Sequence record: SRR20825006_984 | DNA length: 32,313 bases | Direction: 5' to 3' (one strand) | Part shown: piece by piece, positions 17,976 to 26,356 of the stretch | Position numbering within the stretch: the first letter of the stretch is position 1 | Layout: each line of letters opens with the position of its first letter | Made by a program: the position numbers and the translations under genes | The notes under the pieces: model-generated | Told to the model about the DNA's origin: nothing | The model's database searches: none | Seen by the model: only the letters and a program-made list of their open reading frames with translations

Positions 17976-18608
17976 TTAGGGAATATTCAAATACTTATGT
18001 GTCTGTAGGGAAACTTTCCACTTGGGGTGTTTCATCACATAATCCACGATCAACGGAACCATTTTATCCCGAACGCTCCACTCGGGCTGAAGATAAAGAA
18101 TGCAGTCCTCCCCAACTTGAGCGGCCTGTTCTTCAGCAAAGATAAAGTCGTGCTTATTGTACACGATTACCTTTAGTTCATGGGCTTTTTTATAGATTTC
18201 TCCCTCTGGAAGTTTGTTCTTTTTGGGTGATAGACAAATCCAATCCCAAACACCTGTCAATGGATACGCACCTGAGGTTTCGATATGGATTTTCATATTC
18301 TTTTCCTTAAGGCCTTGGGTGAGCGGCCCCATATCCCAGGTTAGCGGTTCTCCGCCGGTAATCACAATGGTATCGGAATATTTCTCGGCATTGGCCACAA
18401 TACTATCGATTGCCGTGGGTGGATGCGTCTCGGCATTCCAGCTTTCCTTTACATCGCACCAGTGGCAACCCACATCACACCCCCCTACCCTAATAAAGTA
18501 AGCGGCTGTTCCCTTGTGAAACCCTTCCCCTTGAATGGTATAAAATTCTTCCATCAGAGGCAGCATCAAGCCCTTTTCCACCAAATCCATCACGTTTTCT
18601 TCTACCAT
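17976..18608 (-). CDS. queE: 7-carboxy-7-deazaguanine synthase (radical SAM)
   Basis: EEFYTIQGEG, CDVGCHWCD, VITGGEP, IETSG, LSPK, LQP and VSLQTHK. Start at ATG 18608. Confidence 0.93.
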   Translation of the reverse strand: MVEENVMDLVEKGLMLPLMEEFYTIQGEGFHKGTAAYFIRVGGCDVGCHWCDVKESWNAETHPPTAIDSIVANAEKYSDTIVITGGEPLTWDMGPLTQGLKEKNMKIHIETSGAYPLTGVWDWICLSPKKNKLPEGEIYKKAHELKVIVYNKHDFIFAEEQAAQVGEDCILYLQPEWSVRDKMVPLIVDYVMKHPKWKVSLQTHKYLNIP

Positions 18609-18640
18609 GGTGCAAAGATAATCCACTTCTATGGTTTCAC

Positions 18641-19093
18641 CTACTTTACGGCAATAACATCTATCTCAATATGGGCATTGGCCGCAAGTCCGCTGGCTGC
18701 AAAGGTGGTCCTTGCCGGTTTCTTTGTGAAAAATTGGATGTAAATCTCGTTGAAGGCCGCAAAGTCGCCTATATCCGCCAAGATTACGGTACATTTCACC
18801 ACATTATCCAATGTCAAATCATGCTGGGCCAAAACATCCTTAATATTTTCTATGGCCTGCCGGGTCTCTGCTTGAATCCCTCCTTCGACCAAAGTCCGAG
18901 TTGTTTGGTCCATACCTATTTGTCCGGCCAAAAAGTACATATTGCCCGCCTGTACCACATCACTAAATGGTGCATTTTGTTTTTTGGGTTCGTGCGATTT
19001 ATAAAAAATAATCTCAGTGAATTCTTGCGCATAAGTGGTTGCCATAAAGCAACTCAACAAAACAGTCCAGATTGCACATTGCATATGTTTCAT
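18641..19093 (-). CDS. RidA/YjgF/UK114-family protein with N-terminal signal peptide
   Basis: APFS..AGQIG, VVKCTVILAD..F..FNEIY, PART (catalytic Arg), IEIDVIA. Signal peptide ends TYA-Q. Confidence 0.88.
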   Translation of the reverse strand: MKHMQCAIWTVLLSCFMATTYAQEFTEIIFYKSHEPKKQNAPFSDVVQAGNMYFLAGQIGMDQTTRTLVEGGIQAETRQAIENIKDVLAQHDLTLDNVVKCTVILADIGDFAAFNEIYIQFFTKKPARTTFAASGLAANAHIEIDVIAVK

Positions 19094-19149
19094 AATCTCA
19101 TTTTTAGTTTTGCTTAAAATTACCCTATTTTTATCGCAAATTGAGCGCT

Positions 19150-20658
19150 ATGGGCAACAAAGAAAAATTCTTCGAGCATATAGAACAAGGATACGCCATG
19201 AAGGGCGATTACATTACTGTGGGAGCAGGAATGCTGGATGGCGAGACTTTGACCAATGCCCATGTAAAGGTTCCCTTGAAAACGATGAACCGCCATGGCC
19301 TGATTGCAGGAGCAACGGGTACGGGAAAAACCAAGACGCTGCAAGTTTTGGCAGAAAACCTATCCGACAAAGGGATTCCCGTATTGCTCATGGACCTTAA
19401 AGGAGACTTGAGCGGTATAGCCCAGCCAAGTCCGGGCCATCCAAAAATTGATGAGCGTCAGAAGAAAATAGGCCTTCCTTTTGAGGCCAAAGGATTCCCT
19501 GTAGAAATTATGTCGCTCTCCAAACAAGGTGGGGTTCGACTGCGGGCCACCGTTTCTGAGTTTGGGCCTGTTTTGCTTTCCCGTATTTTGGATCTTAGCG
19601 TTACCCAGGAGGGAATCGTTGCTGTCATCTTTAAATACTGTGACGACCATAAACTCCCATTACTCGACCTTAAGGATTTTAAAAAGGTGCTGCAATATGC
19701 CACCGATGCAGGCAAGGACGAGTTTCAAAAAGCTTACGGACGAATTTCCACAAGTTCCACCGGAACAATTTTGAGAAAAGTAATCGAACTGGAACAGCAA
19801 GGTGCTGACCTTTTCTTTGGAGAAAAATCCTTTGATGTGGATGATTTAACACGCATCGATGAAAACGGGCGGGGTTATGTGAACATCATCCGTTTGACCG
19901 ACATCCAGGACCGTCCCAAATTGTTCTCGACCTTTATGTTGAGTCTTTTGGCGGAAATCTATGCCACTTTTCCCGAGCAAGGGGATAGTGAGCGTCCGGA
20001 ACTGGTCTTGTTTATCGATGAGGCCCATCTGATTTTTGACAATGCAAGTAAGGCTCTTTTGGACCAAATTGAAAGCATCGTTAAATTGATTCGTTCCAAA
20101 GGAATTGGACTCTATTTCGTTACGCAAAACCCAACTGATGTGCCGGACGAGGTTTTGGCACAATTGGGACTAAAAATACAGCACGCACTGCGCGCATTCA
20201 CCGCCAAGGACCGCAAAGCGATACAACTAACGGCACAAAACTATCCCATAACCGAGTTTTACGACACTGCCGAGGTACTGACCTCATTGGGAACTGGTGA
20301 AGCCCTTGTCTCCGCTTTGGACGAAAAGGGACGCCCTACCCCATTGGCAGCTACCATGATGCGAGCTCCCATGAGCCGAATGGATATTCTGAACGATTCC
20401 GAAATCAAGGATGTGTTGGACAACTCCAAATTGATAAAAAAATACAATGAAGAGATTGACCGTGAAAGTGCTTACGAAATCTTAACGGAAAAAATAGAAA
20501 GAGCCGAAAAAGAGGCTGAAAAAGAAAAAGAAGAAAAATCAACGAGCCGAAAATCATCAGGCCGGACCAGTACCCGAATGAACCCCGTGGTCAAAGTTTT
20601 GACCAGTGCAACATTCATAAGAGGCGTTTTAGGGGTGTTAAAAAAAGTGATTCGATAA
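19150..20658 (+). CDS. DUF853/YjgR-family HerA-like P-loop ATPase
   Basis: NRHGLIAGATGTGKTKTLQ (Walker A), DLKGDLSG, FIDEAHL (Walker B), RSKGIG..TQNP, QHALRAFT. Confidence 0.92.
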   Translation: MGNKEKFFEHIEQGYAMKGDYITVGAGMLDGETLTNAHVKVPLKTMNRHGLIAGATGTGKTKTLQVLAENLSDKGIPVLLMDLKGDLSGIAQPSPGHPKIDERQKKIGLPFEAKGFPVEIMSLSKQGGVRLRATVSEFGPVLLSRILDLSVTQEGIVAVIFKYCDDHKLPLLDLKDFKKVLQYATDAGKDEFQKAYGRISTSSTGTILRKVIELEQQGADLFFGEKSFDVDDLTRIDENGRGYVNIIRLTDIQDRPKLFSTFMLSLLAEIYATFPEQGDSERPELVLFIDEAHLIFDNASKALLDQIESIVKLIRSKGIGLYFVTQNPTDVPDEVLAQLGLKIQHALRAFTAKDRKAIQLTAQNYPITEFYDTAEVLTSLGTGEALVSALDEKGRPTPLAATMMRAPMSRMDILNDSEIKDVLDNSKLIKKYNEEIDRESAYEILTEKIERAEKEAEKEKEEKSTSRKSSGRTSTRMNPVVKVLTSATFIRGVLGVLKKVIR

Positions 20659-20663
20659 TTTAT

Positions 20664-21212
20664 ATGAAAAAAACAAGTATAGCAATTGCATTAATTTTTG
20701 GGACAATACTAATCCACTCTTGCCAAAAAGACACTACTTTTTTGATTACGGAGACCAGTGTTGGTCCATTGACCCAAGATACTAAGGCAACCGATCTGGA
20801 AACCACATTCGCTAAAGACTCTGTAGTAGGGGACCAAGTTCAAATAGATTTGGGGGCCTCACCTAAAAAATTCGAAGTTTTTGAAAAAGGGGGCAAACAT
20901 CTTTTGACACTTACCGTGAACACAGACAGTGTTCCTACCATAGAAAATGTCAGAATCATGGATTCCCGGTATCAATCAGAAAAAGGAATTGGACTAAAAA
21001 GTACGTTTAAAGATATCCAGAGCAAATATGATATCAAGAAAATCGTGACCACCTTGAAAAGTATCGTGATTCTCCCAAAGGGAAGCAATCTCTACTTCAC
21101 GATTGACAAAGAAGAACTCCCTGAAAATTTACGGTTTTCAACTTCAAATATTGAAGCGGTACAAATTCCCGACGAGGCCAAAATCAAATATTTAATGGTG
21201 GGCTGGGAATAG
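20664..21212 (+). CDS. Hypothetical lipoprotein
   Basis: Lipobox IHSC followed by QKD; 5 bp after the DUF853 gene, so probably co-transcribed. Confidence 0.75.
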   Translation: MKKTSIAIALIFGTILIHSCQKDTTFLITETSVGPLTQDTKATDLETTFAKDSVVGDQVQIDLGASPKKFEVFEKGGKHLLTLTVNTDSVPTIENVRIMDSRYQSEKGIGLKSTFKDIQSKYDIKKIVTTLKSIVILPKGSNLYFTIDKEELPENLRFSTSNIEAVQIPDEAKIKYLMVGWE

Positions 21213-21222
21213 CTTCCCAAGA

Positions 21223-21645
21223 CTACAACAATCCGAATTTTTCACGATTGGCCAATACTTTTGGACTGTTGTCGTGCATCCATTCGGCCAGGTTCAGTAG
21301 TTTTTCCACGTAGGATTGTCCAAATTCGGTAAGACTGTACTCAACCCGGATGGGCACTTCGGGATATGCCTTCCGTTGAATGTAACCATCAGCTTCCAGT
21401 ACTTTTAGACGCTGGCTCAGCACTTTGTTGGATATACCATAGACGTATTTTTTAAGCTTATTGAACCTGAGTACGGGAAAGTACCCCAGCCATAACAGTA
21501 TCAAAACACTCCATTGGTCAGAAGCCACGGACATTACATCCCGAACGGGGCATAGCTCGGGAGGATTCTTCAAATCAATGTGACCGAACATTTTTTCCAA
21601 TTTTTTTACAGTCCTAACCTTCTGATTTTCAGCAATAGTTTCCAT
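21223..21645 (-). CDS. HxlR/DUF24 (MarR-like) winged-helix transcriptional regulator
   Basis: CPV..DQW, LRFNKL, ISNKVLSQRLKVLE, YPEVPIRVEYSLT. Start is ATG 21645 or GTG 21672. Confidence 0.9.
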   Translation of the reverse strand: METIAENQKVRTVKKLEKMFGHIDLKNPPELCPVRDVMSVASDQWSVLILLWLGYFPVLRFNKLKKYVYGISNKVLSQRLKVLEADGYIQRKAYPEVPIRVEYSLTEFGQSYVEKLLNLAEWMHDNSPKVLANREKFGLL

Positions 21646-21724
21646 AGATATACTTGGTTTTGGATTCGCCACTTCTTTTCTTTTCTAAAAGGAATATGTA
21701 CTTTTAGTATCATATTAAGAGTAA

Positions 21725-21739
21725 GTTACAAAAAGTAAC
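21725..21739. promoter_or_regulatory. Putative HxlR operator GTTAC-N5-GTAAC
   Basis: Perfect 5-5-5 inverted repeat between divergent hxlR and hydrolase, 3 bp before the hydrolase ATG. Confidence 0.5.
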
Positions 21740-21742
21740 CTC

Positions 21743-22582
21743 ATGAAAAAACTAATCAATAAAATAGTTCCCCGGGCCTACGGACAATATTTCAATGTAT
21801 ACAGCCTTATAGCCCCCAAAAAAGTGGCTGACGACGCTTTCCATATATTTTGTACGGTGCGAAAAGGTAGAATCAAACCCGAACAGGCCGCCTATTTGGA
21901 TGACTTTAAACTTACCGTTGAGGATGTTGCCGGACATAAAATACAATCGTACCGTTGGCCAGGGAATAAGGAAACGGTATTATTGGTACATGGCTGGGAG
22001 AGCAATACGTTTAGATGGCGCAACCTGATCAAAAAACTTAGGGAGGCCGATTTTAACATTATTGCTTTTGACGCTCCTTCACATGGATATTCTTCTGGCA
22101 AACATCTGTATGTCCCACTTTATGAGGAAGTTGTGAACCACATGGTGATGAAGTACAACCCAAGGCACCTTATCGGCCACTCGGTTGGTGGCATGACCAT
22201 CGTTTACAACCAATATAAGAACCCAAGTTCCCATGTAGAGAAAATGGTCACTATAGGCTCACCCTCAGAATTCCATGAAATCATGGAGCATTTTCAGAAC
22301 ATTTTAAAATTCAACAATAGGGTAATGAAACATTTGGATGATTATGTATTGAATCGTTTCGGGTTCAAAATCAATGAATTTTCCACATCGAAGTTTGCAC
22401 AATCCATCAGTAAAAAAGGACTGCTATTCCATGATAAGCACGACCTGATTACACCGTACCATGCCTCTGTCGCCGTCAATAAAAATTGGAAAGGGAGCCA
22501 ATTGGTCAGTACCGAAGGACTAGGGCATTCCATGCACCAAGACGATGTGAACGATCAAATTGTATCATTTTTGGAAGCTTGA
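21743..22582 (+). CDS. Alpha/beta-fold hydrolase
   Basis: LLVHGWES, FDAPSHG, nucleophile GHSVGG, HDKHD (acid), GLGH (His). Confidence 0.9.
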   Translation: MKKLINKIVPRAYGQYFNVYSLIAPKKVADDAFHIFCTVRKGRIKPEQAAYLDDFKLTVEDVAGHKIQSYRWPGNKETVLLVHGWESNTFRWRNLIKKLREADFNIIAFDAPSHGYSSGKHLYVPLYEEVVNHMVMKYNPRHLIGHSVGGMTIVYNQYKNPSSHVEKMVTIGSPSEFHEIMEHFQNILKFNNRVMKHLDDYVLNRFGFKINEFSTSKFAQSISKKGLLFHDKHDLITPYHASVAVNKNWKGSQLVSTEGLGHSMHQDDVNDQIVSFLEA

Positions 22583-22615
22583 TAAAGTTGTTCTACTTTT
22601 CAGAAAAAATACACC

Positions 22616-23038
22616 ATGCAAAAAATAACTCCCTTTCATGTTGCCGTACCAGTACACAACCTTGAAGAATGTCGGATATTTTATCGTGAGGTTCTTGGTT
22701 GCAAAGAAGGTAGAAGTGCCGAGCAATGGGTCGATTTCGATTTTTTCGGACATCAATTTGTGATTCATTATAAGCCAAAATCAGAAGAAGAAACCCACAC
22801 CAACCCTGTTGATGGCAAAAACGTACCCGTTCCCCACTATGGCGTGGTTTTACCGTGGGATACCTTTCAAACATTTTCGCAGGAACTTATTGAAAAAGGA
22901 ATTGACTTTGTAATTGAGCCTTACATTCGCTTCAAAGGGGAACCAGGGGAACAAGCTACTATGTTCTTTTTGGACCCGGCAGGAAACGCTCTGGAATTCA
23001 AAGCTTTTAAGGACATGGGGCAATTGTTCGCCAAATAG
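22616..23038 (+). CDS. VOC / glyoxalase-bleomycin-extradiol dioxygenase family protein
   Basis: [23 protein letters not shown] and [10 protein letters not shown] metal-binding pattern. Confidence 0.9.
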   Translation: MQKITPFHVAVPVHNLEECRIFYREVLGCKEGRSAEQWVDFDFFGHQFVIHYKPKSEEETHTNPVDGKNVPVPHYGVVLPWDTFQTFSQELIEKGIDFVIEPYIRFKGEPGEQATMFFLDPAGNALEFKAFKDMGQLFAK

Positions 23039-23040
23039 GT

Positions 23041-23667
23041 TTAGGCAAGGTTCAAACCTTTTTTGCGTACCCAAAGCATGGCAAAAATCATGTTGGGAAC
23101 CCAACAAAGCCACGCCACTATTTTATAGGCCAATAAAAATTCACCAAAAACAATGGTGAGCAAAGGCAGCCATATACGTAAGGTCACTGCTGCAAAACAA
23201 GCCGCGTAGCTGTAAATCATCATACCTTGATGAAGCGAAAGGTCCTTCTTTTTGATGGCGACATAAGCTCTAGTCGTGGTAAAGACCCAAATAATCCCGA
23301 GACTTATAAAACCAATGGCGGGAACGATACCGCCTGTGGCGAAAAATCCAAGATAAATTCCGCACAATCCACTGATCAAAGCAGAGACCACATAGATTTT
23401 TCCAAGATTGCGATGCAATTGCAAGCGTTTGGCCCGCAGCCTTTTCAAGAACTGGGACCAACCTACCAAAAGTGCTATTCCACCAAAACTAATGTGCCCG
23501 TAAAACGTCGTCTTCCAAACGTTATTGGCTCTAATATCCGGTGCCTTGCTCAATACTACGCCGAAATCATCGGAAGCAAGTAAATACGCCAACGGGTACA
23601 AACCTATTCCTATGGCCAAAAAGATGAATACCACCCAAGCTAACTTGTTTCTTGCTGTTTGAGCCAT
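23041..23667 (-). CDS. DUF2306-like integral membrane protein
   Basis: About six TMs; HISFGG, HRNLGKIY, HQGMMIYSYA..VTLR, WLCWVPN. Confidence 0.8.
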   Translation of the reverse strand: MAQTARNKLAWVVFIFLAIGIGLYPLAYLLASDDFGVVLSKAPDIRANNVWKTTFYGHISFGGIALLVGWSQFLKRLRAKRLQLHRNLGKIYVVSALISGLCGIYLGFFATGGIVPAIGFISLGIIWVFTTTRAYVAIKKKDLSLHQGMMIYSYAACFAAVTLRIWLPLLTIVFGEFLLAYKIVAWLCWVPNMIFAMLWVRKKGLNLA

Positions 23668-23787
23668 AATGCCTTGTTTAGCAAAAGGTAAGTTATCGAT
23701 ATTTTGATGACAAAAACAAGAATTTGAATGGTAATTCGTTATAAGTGTACCTATTAGGCTAACAAGCCGTACCCAAATCTTATTACT

Positions 23788-23934
23788 ATGAAGACAATTT
23801 TACTATTGGTGACCCTTGTTTTTTCAGCTATGGCAGTATCCAGCTGCACCAACGATGAAGGTGAAACGGAATTTGAACACCTTAATCCCGATGAGGAGCA
23901 ACAAATGGCATTAGAAACAGAGCAGAAAAACTAA
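23788..23934 (+). CDS. Small (48 aa) acidic lipoprotein, not in the ORF track
   Basis: Translates to MKTILLLVTLVFSAMAVSSC-TNDEGETEFEHLNPDEEQQMALETEQKN*: a classic SPII signal peptide with acidic residues after Cys. Confidence 0.75.
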   Translation: MKTILLLVTLVFSAMAVSSCTNDEGETEFEHLNPDEEQQMALETEQKN

Positions 23935-23935
23935 G

Positions 23936-24814
23936 CTAGTTATTATGGCGCTCTCTTGCCAATAAGGTATTCTTGAGTAACATCGCTATCGTCATTGGCC
24001 CCACCCCTCCAGGTACGGGTGTGATAAAGGAAGCTTTTTTACTCACGTTATCAAAATCCACGTCACCTGTGATGTAGTATCCTTTTTCTTTAGTGTCATC
24101 GGCAACCCGAGTGATTCCCACATCTATGATGGTCACACCCTCTTTGACCATATCGGCCTTTAAGAACCTTGGAACTCCTAGGGCAGAAATGACTATATCC
24201 GCTTGCAAGGTCAACTCCTTTAGGTTTTTGGTTCTACTGTGCGCAAGGGTCACGGTAGAGTTACCAGGTTTTCCTTTTTGGCTCATTAAAATACTGATGG
24301 GCCTACCGACGATATGGCTTCTCCCGATCACAACGGTGTGTTTTCCTTCGGTATCCACATTGTACCGCTTCAACAATTCCATGATTCCAAATGGCGTGGC
24401 AGATATAAAGGTCTCCATATCCAAGGCCATTTTCCCAAAATTGGTTGGATGGAATCCATCCACATCTTTATCGGGGTCTACAGCCATAAGCACTTTTTCC
24501 TCATCAATGTGTTTGGGCAATGGAAGCTGAACTATGTAACCGTCAATTGCCGGGTCGTTGTTCAATTGGTGTACTTGCTTTAGCAAATCTTCTTCTGTAG
24601 TTTCCTCCGGAAGATGGATCAAGGTGGATTCGAAACCTATTTTTTTGCAGGAACGCACCTTACTTCCCACATAGGTTAGACTGGCACCATCGTTACCCAC
24701 CAAAACAGCGGCCAAATGAGGGACTTTTTCTCCCCGTTCTTTCATTTGGGCCACCTCAACGGTGATTTCTTCTTTAATTTGGTTCGATATTTTTTTTCCG
24801 TCAAGGATTTCCAT
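23936..24814 (-). CDS. folD: Bifunctional methylenetetrahydrofolate dehydrogenase/cyclohydrolase
   Basis: [48 protein letters not shown]. Confidence 0.97.
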   Translation of the reverse strand: MEILDGKKISNQIKEEITVEVAQMKERGEKVPHLAAVLVGNDGASLTYVGSKVRSCKKIGFESTLIHLPEETTEEDLLKQVHQLNNDPAIDGYIVQLPLPKHIDEEKVLMAVDPDKDVDGFHPTNFGKMALDMETFISATPFGIMELLKRYNVDTEGKHTVVIGRSHIVGRPISILMSQKGKPGNSTVTLAHSRTKNLKELTLQADIVISALGVPRFLKADMVKEGVTIIDVGITRVADDTKEKGYYITGDVDFDNVSKKASFITPVPGGVGPMTIAMLLKNTLLARERHNN

Positions 24815-24853
24815 GGGTTGTGTTGGTATTTAGTTCTGGCCTTTTGAATAAAG

Positions 24854-26182
24854 TTATCTCATGTTCTGCATCATCTGCATCATTTTCTTGCCTCCACCGC
24901 CTTGCATCATCTTCATCATCTTGCTCATTTGATCAAATTGTTTAAGCAACTGGTTCACCTCTTGAATTGAAGTTCCGCTACCTGCGGCAATTCTTTTTTT
25001 GCGGCTTGCATTCAACATAGCTGGTGTAGATCGTTCTTCGGGAGTCATGGAATGGATGATGGCCTCAATATGCTTGAAAGCATCGTCATCTATATCCAAT
25101 CCTTTCAAGGCCTTTCCTGCACCTGGAATCATTCCCATGAGGTCCTTCATGTTCCCCATTTTCTTGATTTGCTGTATTTGGCTCAAGAAATCATCAAACC
25201 CGAATTTATTCTTGGCAATTTTCTTTTGAATCTTACGTGCCTGTTCTTCATCGAATTGTTCTTGGGCACGCTCCACCAAGGACACCACATCTCCCATTCC
25301 AAGGATACGGTCGGCCATTCGAGAGGGATGGAACACATCAATGGCCTCCATTTTCTCGCCTGTACCGATAAATTTGATGGGCTTGTCCACTACAGATTTA
25401 ATAGAAATCGCAGCACCACCTCGGGTATCTCCATCTAACTTGGTAAGGATTACACCATCAAAATTAAGGACATCGTTAAACGCCTTTGCGGTATTCACGG
25501 CATCTTGACCCGTCATGGAATCCACCACAAACAAGGTTTCTTGCGGCTCAATGGCCTTGTGGATGTTGGAGATTTCATCCATCATCTGCTCGTCCACGGC
25601 CAAACGACCGGCGGTATCAATGATCACAACGTTGCATCCTGTACTTTTTGCATGGGCAATACCTGCCTTGGCAATGGCGACAGGGTCGTTGTTGTCCCTA
25701 TCGGAATAAACCTCTACGCCGATTTGGTCTCCCACTACATGCAACTGATCTATCGCTGCAGGACGGTACACATCACAAGCCACCAAAAGCGGCTTCTTTG
25801 TTTTTTTGTTTTTGAGATAGTTGGCCAATTTACCGGAAAAGGTGGTTTTACCCGAACCTTGAAGACCGGACATTAGGATAACCGAAGGATTGCCGGATAA
25901 ATCGATTTCCTCAGCATCGCCCCCCATAAGCTCAGTAAGCTCATCCTTTACCAGCTTCACCATAAGCTGGCCCGGTTGAAGTGTGGTCAAAACGTTTTGA
26001 CCCAGTGCCTTTTCCTTTACCGTATTGGTAAATTCCTTGGCTATTTTAAAGTTAACATCGGCATCCAACAAAGCTCTTCGAACTTCCTTAAGGGTCTCCG
26101 CTACATTGATTTCCGTTATCTGACCATGCCCCTTTAGGACGTGGAATGCTTTATCTAATTTTTCGCTTAAATTATCGAACAT
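24854..26182 (-). CDS. ffh: Signal recognition particle protein
   Basis: GLQGSGKTT, DTAGR, TKLDGDTRGG, RILGMGD and Met-rich M domain. Confidence 0.98.
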   Translation of the reverse strand: MFDNLSEKLDKAFHVLKGHGQITEINVAETLKEVRRALLDADVNFKIAKEFTNTVKEKALGQNVLTTLQPGQLMVKLVKDELTELMGGDAEEIDLSGNPSVILMSGLQGSGKTTFSGKLANYLKNKKTKKPLLVACDVYRPAAIDQLHVVGDQIGVEVYSDRDNNDPVAIAKAGIAHAKSTGCNVVIIDTAGRLAVDEQMMDEISNIHKAIEPQETLFVVDSMTGQDAVNTAKAFNDVLNFDGVILTKLDGDTRGGAAISIKSVVDKPIKFIGTGEKMEAIDVFHPSRMADRILGMGDVVSLVERAQEQFDEEQARKIQKKIAKNKFGFDDFLSQIQQIKKMGNMKDLMGMIPGAGKALKGLDIDDDAFKHIEAIIHSMTPEERSTPAMLNASRKKRIAAGSGTSIQEVNQLLKQFDQMSKMMKMMQGGGGKKMMQMMQNMR

Positions 26183-26205
26183 ATGTTCTTTGTTTTAAAG
26201 AGGGA

Positions 26206-26213
26206 CAAATTTA
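26206..26213 (-). promoter_or_regulatory. -7 promoter element (TAAATTTG) for ffh-folD
   Basis: Plus-strand CAAATTTA, 23 nt upstream of the ffh ATG. Confidence 0.65.
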
Positions 26214-26223
26214 AGAATAATAT

Positions 26224-26264
26224 AAAAGAAAAAGGACGGCTTTGGGGTAGGCCGTCCTTCTTTT
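26224..26264. terminator. Rho-independent terminator, potentially bidirectional; ends the lipoprotein transcript
   Basis: Stem AAGGACGGC/GCCGTCCTT (26232-26259) with A-rich left flank and T-rich right flank. Confidence 0.8.
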
Positions 26265-26356
26265 GGAAAAAGAATGGGGAAAATTTTTATTTCTTCTTGA
26301 ATTATTGACTAATCAGGGCTTCTAAAATTTTTTAATTGAGAACCAATTGTTGTGGG

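Noticed and set aside
17976-18640. queE as part of a 7-deazaguanine DNA-modification (dpd) island, or with a preQ1 riboswitch
   Set aside because: No dpdA/tgt-like or other que genes are nearby and there is no leader space; it looks like the ordinary queuosine pathway gene.
19150-20658. HerA-based anti-phage system (Sir2-HerA, DUF4297-HerA, NurA-HerA)
   Set aside because: The protein is the widespread DUF853/YjgR type and has no adjacent nuclease or sirtuin effector.
26183-26356. SRP RNA (ffs) or another ncRNA next to ffh
   Set aside because: The only hairpin has terminator features; I saw no SRP domain IV structure.
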